Source: Thermoanaerobaculia bacterium (GTDB taxonomy: Bacteria; Acidobacteriota; Thermoanaerobaculia; Gp7-AA8). Taken from it: a stretch of DNA of 64,000 nt. Location: NCBI GenBank assembly GCA_036375135.1, contig DASUSL010000242.1, positions 6,388-70,387 on the forward strand, read 5' to 3'. How positions within the stretch are numbered: the first letter of the stretch is position 1; each line of letters starts with the position of its first letter. Below, in pieces: positions 1 to 7,776 of this stretch. The notes below the pieces were generated by a model. The model saw nothing but the letters and a program-made list of their open reading frames with translations, was not told the origin of the DNA and made no database searches. A program made the position numbers and the translations under genes.

Positions 1-1
1 C

Positions 2-541
2 GCGGTGCCGGGCGACGTGAGCGACCTGGCCGACGTGGAGCGCCTCTTCTCGCTGACCGAGTCGCACTTCGGCAAATGCGACGTGCTGGTCAACAACGCG
101 GGCATGATCGATCCCGCGCCACTGGTCGACATCACGCACGACCAGTGGCGGCGCATGTTCGAGGTCAACGTCGACTCGATCTTCCTGACCTGCCGCCGCG
201 CGCTGCCGTCCATGCTCGAGCGCGGCATGGGGACGATCGTGAACGTGGCCTCGATCTCGGGAGTCCCGGGGCCGGAGAAGTTTCCAGGGTGGGTCTCGTA
301 CTGCGCGAGCAAGGGCGCCGTCATCTCGCTGACCGAGGCGCTGGCGGTGGAGGTGAAGTCGCGCGGCGTGCGGGTCAACTGCATCAGCCCCGGCTCGGTC
401 GATACGCCGATGTGGAAGGAAGCGAGCGGCGGTGCGCCGGCGTCGATGACGGCGGAGGAAGTAGCGGAAGCGATCCTGTTTCTTGCATCCGATCGCTCGC
501 GGCCGATGAATGGACAGAACCTGAATGCCTTCTCCAGCTGA
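2..541 (+). CDS. short-chain dehydrogenase/reductase (SDR), N-terminus cut by window edge
   Basis: The ORF runs to the window start. It has NNAG, the Ser...YCASK catalytic motif and PGSVDTPM of classical SDRs. The Rossmann TGxxxGxG part lies upstream of the window. Confidence 0.85.
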   Translation, partial: AVPGDVSDLADVERLFSLTESHFGKCDVLVNNAGMIDPAPLVDITHDQWRRMFEVNVDSIFLTCRRALPSMLERGMGTIVNVASISGVPGPEKFPGWVSYCASKGAVISLTEALAVEVKSRGVRVNCISPGSVDTPMWKEASGGAPASMTAEEVAEAILFLASDRSRPMNGQNLNAFSS

Positions 542-1670
542 CGACATCCGTCCCACGTGGGCGGAAATCGATCTCGCCGCGTTCGACCGCAACCTCGCCG
601 CCATCGCGGCGCCGCTTCCGGAAGGCACGCGCGTGATCGCGCTGCTCAAGGCGAACGCGTACGGCCACGGCGCGGTGGAGCTCGCGCGCCGCTGCACGCC
701 GGACAAGGCGGCCATGATCGGCGTGGCGCTGCTCGAGGAGGCGTTGCAGCTCCGCAACGCCGGCATCACCGCGCCCATCCTCGTCCTCGGCGCGCTCAGC
801 GCGACGCAGGTGCGCCTGGCCCTCGAGCACGACGTGACCATGGGCGTGCCCGGCCCCGAGCCGCTGGAGCTCATCGCGAAGGTCGCCCAGGAGCGCGACG
901 TGCACATCCATCTGAAGCTCGACTCGGGCATGGGACGGATGGGTGTGATCGAGACGGAGCTGCCTCAGGTCGTGGAGCTGCTCCGCTCTGCGCCGCGGCT
1001 CCACGTCGACGCGCTCTACACGCATTTCGCGAACGCCAGCGATCCGAGCGATCCGTTCACGGAGTACCAGCTCGCGCGCTTCAACGTGCTGGTGGAGACT
1101 CTGCGCGAGGTCGGGATCACCGCGCCGAAACATCACGCCTCGAACAGCGCCGCCACCGTGCGCGGCATCACGCCGGGCGACTACGTGCGCACCGGCATCG
1201 CGCTCTACGGCGCCGAGCCGCTCGACGATGTGGCGCGGGCTTCAGCCCGCGAGGACGGGCGGGCTGAAGCCCGCCCTGCATTGAGCCCCGTCATGCGCTG
1301 GCGCACCGCCATCGCGCGCTTGAAAGAGCTGCCGCCCGGTCACGCCATCGGCTACGGCACGACCTTCGTCACGAAACGCCCGTCGCTCATCGCCACGCTG
1401 CCGGTCGGATACGCCGACGGCTACAACCGCCGCCTCTCCAATCGCGGCGAGGTGCTCGTGCGCGGAAAGCGTGCACCGGTCGTCGGCCGCGTCTCGATGG
1501 ACCTCACCACCATCGACGTCACCGACGTCGATGGCGTGACGCTCGGCGACGAAGTGGTCCTCCTCGGCGACGGGATCACCGCCGAAGAGCTGGCGGCGAA
1601 ACTTGATACGATCTCGTACGAAGTATTCTGCAACGTCGGCGCGCGCGTACCGCGCGTCTACCGCACATGA
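525..1670 (+). CDS. alr: alanine racemase
   Basis: 381 aa with the PLP-lysine motif LKANAYGHG, HFANA, and PVGYADGY...RVSMD. The stop overlaps the mlaE start (ATGA). Confidence 0.93.
   Translation: MPSPADDIRPTWAEIDLAAFDRNLAAIAAPLPEGTRVIALLKANAYGHGAVELARRCTPDKAAMIGVALLEEALQLRNAGITAPILVLGALSATQVRLALEHDVTMGVPGPEPLELIAKVAQERDVHIHLKLDSGMGRMGVIETELPQVVELLRSAPRLHVDALYTHFANASDPSDPFTEYQLARFNVLVETLREVGITAPKHHASNSAATVRGITPGDYVRTGIALYGAEPLDDVARASAREDGRAEARPALSPVMRWRTAIARLKELPPGHAIGYGTTFVTKRPSLIATLPVGYADGYNRRLSNRGEVLVRGKRAPVVGRVSMDLTTIDVTDVDGVTLGDEVVLLGDGITAEELAAKLDTISYEVFCNVGARVPRVYRT
1235..1276. repeat. family-A hairpin repeat (two GGGC-TTCA/TGAA-GCCC hairpins) inside alr
   Basis: GCGGGCTTCAGCCCGC at 1235-1250 and GGGCGGGCTGAAGCCCGCCC at 1257-1276. 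The same core recurs at 3201, 26341, 32581, 50271, 50909, 53901, 58419, 59123 and 62696. Confidence 0.8.
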
Positions 1671-2437
1671 ACACCATCCTCGATCGCATCGGCCGCCGCT
1701 TCATCTCGTTCTTCGAGCAGACCGGCATCTGGTTCGATGCGCTGTGGCGGACGATCACCTGGATGTTCCGTCCGCCGTACGACGTCAAGGAGTGGTTCCG
1801 CCAGATGGTGCGCGTCGGCGTCGACTCCATCCCCGTCGTCTTCCTCACCACCATGTTCACCGGCATGGTGCTCGCGCTGCAGACCTTCACCGGCTTCCAG
1901 CGCGTCAACGCCGAGCAGTTCGTGGCCAGCGTCGTCTCGCTGGCCATGCTGCGCGAGCTCGCGCCGGTGCTGGTCGGGCTCATGGTGGCGGGGCGCATCG
2001 GCTCGTCGATGGCCGCGGAGATCGGCACGATGCGCGTCACCGAACAGATCGACGCGCTCAAAGCGCTGGCCACGGAGCCGATCCAGTACCTCTTCGTCCC
2101 GCGCGTCATCGCCGGCGTGGTGATGCTCCCCTTTCTCTGCATCCTCGGCGACGCCCTCGGCATCTACGGCGGCTATCTCGTCGCCGTGAAGCTGCTGAAG
2201 ACGAACCCCGTGGCCTACAAGCAGAACACCTTTCAGTTCCTGGCCATGAACGATGTCTACAGCGGCTTGATCAAGGCGGGCGCGTTCGGGCTGATCCTCA
2301 CGCTGACCGGCTGCGTGCGCGGCTACCACACCACCGGCGGCGCGGAAGGGGTCGGCCGCTCGACGACGAACGCCGTCGTGTCGGCGTCGCTGATCATCCT
2401 CCTCACCGACTTCTTCCTGACCAAGATCCTCTTCTGA
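1667..2437 (+). CDS. mlaE: MlaE/YrbE-family ABC transporter permease
   Basis: 256 aa multi-TM protein with an MlaE-like sequence (VGVDSIPVVFLTTMFTGMVLALQ). It is coupled to the downstream ATPase by a TGATG overlap. Confidence 0.85.
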   Translation: MNTILDRIGRRFISFFEQTGIWFDALWRTITWMFRPPYDVKEWFRQMVRVGVDSIPVVFLTTMFTGMVLALQTFTGFQRVNAEQFVASVVSLAMLRELAPVLVGLMVAGRIGSSMAAEIGTMRVTEQIDALKALATEPIQYLFVPRVIAGVVMLPFLCILGDALGIYGGYLVAVKLLKTNPVAYKQNTFQFLAMNDVYSGLIKAGAFGLILTLTGCVRGYHTTGGAEGVGRSTTNAVVSASLIILLTDFFLTKILF

Positions 2438-3189
2438 TGCCCGTCATCTCGCTGCAGCACCTGTACAAATCGTTTGGCGGCAAGCCGGTGTTGCGCGACA
2501 TGTCCATCGATGTCGACCAGGGGGAGTCGCTGGTGATCGTCGGCGGCTCGGGCACCGGCAAGAGCGTCACTCTGAAGCACATCATCGGACTGCTGAAGCC
2601 CGACAAGGGCCGCGTGGTCATCGTCGACGAAGACGTCACGGCAATGAACGACGTGGAGCTGAACAAGTTCCGCCGCCATTTCGGGATGTCGTTTCAGGAA
2701 GGGGCGCTTTTCGACTCGATGTCGGTCTACGAGAACATCGCCTTTCCGCTGCGGCGCCACACGAAGATGTCCGAGGCGGAGATCCGCGCGCGCGTGGAGG
2801 AATGCCTCGAGGACGTGCATCTGCAGAACGTCGAGAAAAAACGTCCGTCGGAGCTCTCGGGAGGCATGCGGCGGCGCGTCGGATTCGCCCGTGCCATCTC
2901 GCTCAAGCCGGACATCCTCCTCTTCGACGAGCCGACCACGGGACTCGATCCGGTGATCAGCGACGTCATCGCCGACCTGATCGTGGAAATGGATCAGAAG
3001 CTCGGCACGACCACGGTCACGATCACGCACGACATGAAGGTCGCGTTCAAAATTGCCGATCGCGTGGCCATGCTGCACGACGGACACATCATCGCGCAGG
3101 GGACGCCGGAGCAGTTCCAGGCGTCGAAGAACCCGATCGTCGAGCAGTTCATCGAGGGGCGCGCGCAGGGCCCGCTCACCGACGACTGA
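2437..3189 (+). CDS. mlaF: MlaF-like ABC transporter ATP-binding protein
   Basis: Internal ATG of ORF 1603..3189. It has Walker A GGSGTGKS, the signature LSGGMRRRV and Walker B ILLFDEPT. Confidence 0.87.
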   Translation: MPVISLQHLYKSFGGKPVLRDMSIDVDQGESLVIVGGSGTGKSVTLKHIIGLLKPDKGRVVIVDEDVTAMNDVELNKFRRHFGMSFQEGALFDSMSVYENIAFPLRRHTKMSEAEIRARVEECLEDVHLQNVEKKRPSELSGGMRRRVGFARAISLKPDILLFDEPTTGLDPVISDVIADLIVEMDQKLGTTTVTITHDMKVAFKIADRVAMLHDGHIIAQGTPEQFQASKNPIVEQFIEGRAQGPLTDD

Positions 3190-3195
3190 GCGCAA

Positions 3196-3317
3196 ACGTA
3201 GGATGGGCTTCAGCCCGTCCCCAGCGTGCAACGCAGCGACGAACCTACGGCTACGAAAGGGCGGGCTGAATCCGCGCCCTACGCGTTAAACACGAAGGGC
3301 GGGCTCGAGGCCCGCCC
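3196..3317. repeat. cluster of three family-A hairpins between convergent genes
   Basis: ACGTAGGATGGGCTTCAGCCCGTCC, GGGCGGGCTGAATCCGCGCCCTACGCG and GGGCGGGCTCGAGGCCCGCCC. The cluster sits between the mlaF stop and the lipoprotein stop and is plausibly a bidirectional terminator. Confidence 0.75.
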
Positions 3318-3343
3318 TGTCCAACATCGTTGGATCCGGAACG

Positions 3344-3898
3344 TTAGTCCTTGCGCATACGAGTACGCGTCGGCGCGGGCTCGTCGTCGGTGTCGGTCGT
3401 GGTGGTGCGGGACGACTCCTGGACCGAGGACGTCATCGGGACCGTGGTGGTCTCGGTGCGCGTGACGGTGGTGTCGGTGGTGATGACCGGGGTCTCGACC
3501 GTCTCGGTGGAGATGTCGGCAGTCGTGTCGACGTTGGTGTTCGTCGTGACCGTCGTGTCGGTGAGCGTCGTGCTGCTGGTCATCGTGTTGTCGCGAACGG
3601 CGACGGTGCTGCGCTGCGGGATGACGTTGACGTTGGTGTTGGTGCCGACGCCGGAGGCGTTGCCGCTGCCCGGGGCGGCGCTGGACGCGTAGACGTTACC
3701 GTCGCTGTCGACCTTCGCAGGTCCCGGGGCCGGGTACACCGAAGCTTCCTGGCCGGTCTGCTCGGGACGGATCTCCGCGACCTGATCGCTCGGGTCGGTC
3801 TGGTCGCCGAGCCCCTGGTTCGAAGCACAGGCACCGCTGAGAAGAAGCGCCGCGAATCCGGCCGCGGCCATGGTATTGCGCATCAGTTTTTTCATCAT
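3344..3898 (-). CDS. Thr-rich lipoprotein, unknown function
   Basis: Start chosen at MMKKLMR, with AAGGAG 10 nt upstream. It has the lipobox LLSGAC and a long low-complexity T/V/D-rich region. Confidence 0.6.
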   Translation of the reverse strand: MMKKLMRNTMAAAGFAALLLSGACASNQGLGDQTDPSDQVAEIRPEQTGQEASVYPAPGPAKVDSDGNVYASSAAPGSGNASGVGTNTNVNVIPQRSTVAVRDNTMTSSTTLTDTTVTTNTNVDTTADISTETVETPVITTDTTVTRTETTTVPMTSSVQESSRTTTTDTDDEPAPTRTRMRKD

Positions 3899-4026
3899 GA
3901 TGATCAAACTCCTTTTGAGTTCGTGTTCCGGCCCGGTGGGGCCGACACCGAACTGTAAAGGCAAAGGGAATGCCTAGTTATTAGGCCTGTGCCGGGCTGG
4001 ACCGCATGTCATGATTCCCGCCGCCC

Positions 4027-5328
4027 ATGGCTGACGCGAAGACGTACTCGGTCTCCGAGTTGATCAAACAGATCAACCTCGATCTCTATCGCTACCACGA
4101 CGTCTCCGTGGAAGGAGAGGTGACGAACTTCGTCCGCTCCGCCGCGGGACACATGTACTTCACGCTGAAGGACGCGCGCGCGCAGATCCGCGTCGTCTTC
4201 TTCGTCGGCCACGCGCGCCTGCTCCGCTTCCGCATCGAGAACGGGCTGCAGCTCATCGTCCGCGGACGCCTGACGATCTACGAGCAGAAAGGAGAGTTCC
4301 AGCTCAACGCCGTGACCGCGGAGCCCGCGGGCCTGGGCGCGCTGCAGCTCGCCTTCGAACAGCTCAAGAAACAGCTCGCGGAGGAAGGACTCTTCGACCC
4401 GGCGCGCAAGAAGCCGATCCCGATGCTGCCGCAGCGCATCGCCATCGTCACCAGTCCGACTGGCGCCGCGATCCGCGACATCCTGCACGTCCTCGGGCGC
4501 CGCTTCGAGAATCTCTCGCTGCAGATCTATCCGGTGCGCGTGCAGGGCGCCACCGCGGCGCGCGAGATCGCCACGGCGGTGAAGCATCTCTCGCGCTGGA
4601 AGCTGCACGACGTGGTGCTGATCTGCCGCGGCGGAGGCTCGCTCGAGGACCTCTGGGCGTTCAATGAAGAAGTGGTCGCGCGCGCGGTAGCGGCGTGCGA
4701 GATCCCGACGATTTCCGGCGTCGGACACGAGACGGACTTTACGATCTGCGACTTCGTGGCCGACCTGCGCGCGCCGACGCCGTCCGCCGCCGCGGAGATC
4801 GTGATCCGCGCGAAGAGCGAGATCTGCACGCAGGTCGACCACATGGTCCGCCGCGTGCGCCACGTGCTCGAAGGACGGGTGCGCAACTACCGCCACGAGC
4901 TGCGGCATCTCTCGTCATCGGACCGCCTCGGCATCGCCGTGCGCCGCGTGCGCCTCATGCGCGAGCGACTGGAGCGCCGGCGCCTGTCGCTGTATCGCCT
5001 CCTCGACGCGCGCGCGAAATCGCTCCGCCGCCGCCTCGTGCGCTGCGACGAGCCACTGGCCCGCTACCCCGCCCGCATCGAGCGCGAGCGCGCCCGCCTC
5101 CGCTCCACGATGACCACGCTGCAGGCCGTGTCGCCGCTCTCGGTCCTCTCCCGCGGCTACGCCATCGCCTTCTCCCGCACCAAACGCGGCCGCAAGCCGA
5201 TCCTCGACTCGTCACAGGTGAACGTGGGCGACCACATCGAAGTGCAGCTCAAGAAGGGACGCCTCAACGCGACGGTGGACTCGCACACGCTGGGGGTGGA
5301 GAGCCTCTGGCCGGAAGTGGAAACGTAG
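4027..5328 (+). CDS. xseA: exodeoxyribonuclease VII large subunit
   Basis: 433 aa with an N-terminal OB-fold (YSVSELIKQIN...GEVTNF) and the catalytic region RGGGSLEDLWAFNEE. Confidence 0.93.
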   Translation: MADAKTYSVSELIKQINLDLYRYHDVSVEGEVTNFVRSAAGHMYFTLKDARAQIRVVFFVGHARLLRFRIENGLQLIVRGRLTIYEQKGEFQLNAVTAEPAGLGALQLAFEQLKKQLAEEGLFDPARKKPIPMLPQRIAIVTSPTGAAIRDILHVLGRRFENLSLQIYPVRVQGATAAREIATAVKHLSRWKLHDVVLICRGGGSLEDLWAFNEEVVARAVAACEIPTISGVGHETDFTICDFVADLRAPTPSAAAEIVIRAKSEICTQVDHMVRRVRHVLEGRVRNYRHELRHLSSSDRLGIAVRRVRLMRERLERRRLSLYRLLDARAKSLRRRLVRCDEPLARYPARIERERARLRSTMTTLQAVSPLSVLSRGYAIAFSRTKRGRKPILDSSQVNVGDHIEVQLKKGRLNATVDSHTLGVESLWPEVET

Positions 5329-5346
5329 ACAAATTTCCCGCTTTCC

Positions 5347-6567
5347 GTGCCGCCGACACGGATGCATGTTGAAGGGATGCGCACCCTCACGGCTCTCCTC
5401 GCACTTGCGGCGGTTCCGCTCTTTGGCCAGGGTCGTCCCACCACCCCGGGACCTCCGGGCGCAGCCCCGCCGGCAACGGCGACGGTGAACGTTGACTGTG
5501 CCGCGGGCGGGACGCTCTCCGACGCACTGACTACGCCCGCGGGGCAATTGACCGTCGTCTTCACCGGCACGTGCGTGGAGGACGTCGCCATCCGCCGCGG
5601 CGACGTCACGCTTCGCGGCGGCGCCCCGGGTGCGACGATCGACGGCAGCACCCCGGCGGCCAACCACGCGCTCCTCGTCGAAGGAGGCCTGCGGGTGACT
5701 CTCTCCGACTTCGCGGTGCGCAACAGCCAGGGTCACGGCCTGACGATCAGTTTCTCCACCGTCGACGCCGCGAACCTCACCATCAGCGACAACGTGTTGG
5801 CCGGTGTGCTGGTCGACGGCTGCACGCTCCGGTTCACGAACGGGACGGTCAGCCGCAATCTGAGCGGCATCGTCGCCTCGGGCGGGAACGCGTTCGTCAG
5901 GCTCGGCGGCACGGTGGTGATCGCCGACAACACGCAGGATGGACTCTACTCCGGCGAAGGTGCGTACGTTTTTCAGTCGTCCGCCGTGGGCTCGAACCTG
6001 ACCGTCAGCGGGAGCGAGTACGGGATTACCGTAGAGAGCAACGGACAGTTTCACGTGTTCCGCGACGGGCTGACGGTGCGGCAGAACGACTTCGGCATCG
6101 TCGGCAACCGCGGCGCAATCATCGACGTCGCCATGCTGACTCTCACCGCGAACGGCCACGGCGTGCTGCTGATCGACTCATCGCTGCGCGCCGGCGGCTC
6201 GCTCACGAACAACACGGTTGCCGCCATCGAGGCACAGCGCGGCTCGCAGGTCGAGCTCCATCGCGGCCGCGTCACCACCACCACCGTCACTGGCAATCGT
6301 GTCGGCATCTCCGCGGACGCGCACTCGCAGATCATGCTCAGCGACACCACGGTCACCGGCAACGTCGAGCGCGATGTCCGCCTGGCCTTCGGCGCAACTC
6401 TGAGCCGCTACCAGAACGCGACCGTGGGCACGCTCGCCTGTGACGGTACGGAGCTGATCCGCCCTCCGGCAACGTGCGCCGCCACTTTTGCAATGACGCC
6501 GGCGCCGGACATGGCGTTGCGGCGTGCCGCTCGCGAGGAACGCTCCCGCGTTCGGGAGCGGGAATGA
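5347..6567 (+). CDS. secreted right-handed beta-helix repeat protein
   Basis: Signal peptide MRTLTALLALAAVPLFGQG (alternative start ATG 5377). Periodic repeats of about 22 aa (G..V..S.L.....) are typical of parallel beta-helix proteins. The product is uncertain. Confidence 0.55.
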   Translation: MPPTRMHVEGMRTLTALLALAAVPLFGQGRPTTPGPPGAAPPATATVNVDCAAGGTLSDALTTPAGQLTVVFTGTCVEDVAIRRGDVTLRGGAPGATIDGSTPAANHALLVEGGLRVTLSDFAVRNSQGHGLTISFSTVDAANLTISDNVLAGVLVDGCTLRFTNGTVSRNLSGIVASGGNAFVRLGGTVVIADNTQDGLYSGEGAYVFQSSAVGSNLTVSGSEYGITVESNGQFHVFRDGLTVRQNDFGIVGNRGAIIDVAMLTLTANGHGVLLIDSSLRAGGSLTNNTVAAIEAQRGSQVELHRGRVTTTTVTGNRVGISADAHSQIMLSDTTVTGNVERDVRLAFGATLSRYQNATVGTLACDGTELIRPPATCAATFAMTPAPDMALRRAAREERSRVRERE

Positions 6568-6586
6568 TGCTATAACCCGCGCCGAA

Positions 6587-6850
6587 ATGGCCGCCCGCCG
6601 CCCCAACGAGTTCGAGAAAGCCTTCCAGAACCTCGAGAAGATCGTGCAGCGTCTCGAGGGGGAAGAGCTGCCGCTCGACGAGTCGCTGCAGCTCTTCGAG
6701 GAAGGCATCCGCCTCTCCCGCTTCTGCCATCAGCGGCTCGAGGAAGTGGAGAAGAAGATCGAGCTGATCCTCGCCGACGCGAAGGGGCAGCCGGTGACCG
6801 AGCCGTTCGAGGAAGAGGAGCTGCACGACGACGAGGACATCGTCGAGTGA
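6587..6850 (+). CDS. xseB: exodeoxyribonuclease VII small subunit
   Basis: Internal ATG of ORF 6524..6850. FEKAFQNLEKIVQRLEGEELPLDESLQLFEEGIRL is the XseB signature. A GTGA overlap links it to ispA. Confidence 0.9.
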   Translation: MAARRPNEFEKAFQNLEKIVQRLEGEELPLDESLQLFEEGIRLSRFCHQRLEEVEKKIELILADAKGQPVTEPFEEEELHDDEDIVE

Positions 6851-7752
6851 ACCTCCGTCAGTACCTCGATGAAAAACGCGCGCTCGTCGACCGCACGCTC
6901 GACGCGCAGCTCCCGCCGGCCGGCACGAATCCTCCCGTCATTCACGAAGCGATGCGCTACGCGGTCCTCGGCGGCGGCAAACGCCTTCGCCCGATCCTGG
7001 CCATCGCCGCGGCCGAAGCCGTCGGCGCCGACGTGGAGCCGCTGCTCGTCCCCATCTGCACGCTGGAGCTGATCCACACCTACTCGCTCGTCCACGACGA
7101 CCTGCCGGCGCTCGACAACGACGATCTGCGCCGCGGACGGAAGACCACACACATCGTCTTCGGCGAGGCCATGGCCATCCTGGCCGGCGACGCGCTGCTC
7201 ACCGAGGCGTTCTCGTGGCTGGCGAAGCCGATCGCGGGAGTGGAGGCGTCGCGGCAGCTGCGGGCCATCGCGGAAGTGGCCACCGCCATCGACTCCACGG
7301 GGATGATCGGCGGACAGGTCGCGGACCTCCTTGCCGAGCGATCCCATCACGAGAGCGACGACCAGGACGCGCTGTTGCGGGAACTTCAATTCATCCATCG
7401 CAACAAGACCGGCAAGCTCTTCACGGCCTCGGTCGTGCTCGGCGGTCTCCTCGGCAATGCATCCGACGCGCAGCTCGACGCGCTCCGCCGTTATGCGGGC
7501 GCGCTCGGGCTCGCCTTCCAGATCGTCGATGATCTCCTTGACATCGAAGAGTCCTCTGCCATTCTGGGGAAGACCGCGGGGAAGGATGTTGCTCAGGGAA
7601 AGCTGACGTGGCCCGCGCTTCTGGGCGTCGATGCTGCACGTACGGAGGTGGACCGGCTGCTCCAGGAGGCCTTGGACAACGCTGATATCATCGCCGGTCC
7701 TGTGAATACCCTTGGGGCAATCGCACGTTACATTTGCGAGCGCCGCTCTTAG
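6847..7752 (+). CDS. ispA: (2E,6E)-farnesyl diphosphate synthase / polyprenyl synthetase
   Basis: It has both Asp-rich motifs (LVHDDLPALDNDDLRRG and QIVDDLLD) and sits in the conserved xseB-ispA-dxs order. Confidence 0.88.
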   Translation: MNLRQYLDEKRALVDRTLDAQLPPAGTNPPVIHEAMRYAVLGGGKRLRPILAIAAAEAVGADVEPLLVPICTLELIHTYSLVHDDLPALDNDDLRRGRKTTHIVFGEAMAILAGDALLTEAFSWLAKPIAGVEASRQLRAIAEVATAIDSTGMIGGQVADLLAERSHHESDDQDALLRELQFIHRNKTGKLFTASVVLGGLLGNASDAQLDALRRYAGALGLAFQIVDDLLDIEESSAILGKTAGKDVAQGKLTWPALLGVDAARTEVDRLLQEALDNADIIAGPVNTLGAIARYICERRS

Positions 7753-7776
7753 GCGCGTGACCGGAAAACTCAAAAG

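Noticed and set aside
3190-3343. tRNA or small structured RNA gene in the larger intergenic gaps (also 39658-39836 and 49324-49469)
   Set aside because: The sequences resolve into family-A/C palindromic repeats. I found no cloverleaf arms or T-loop (GTTCRANYC) consensus.
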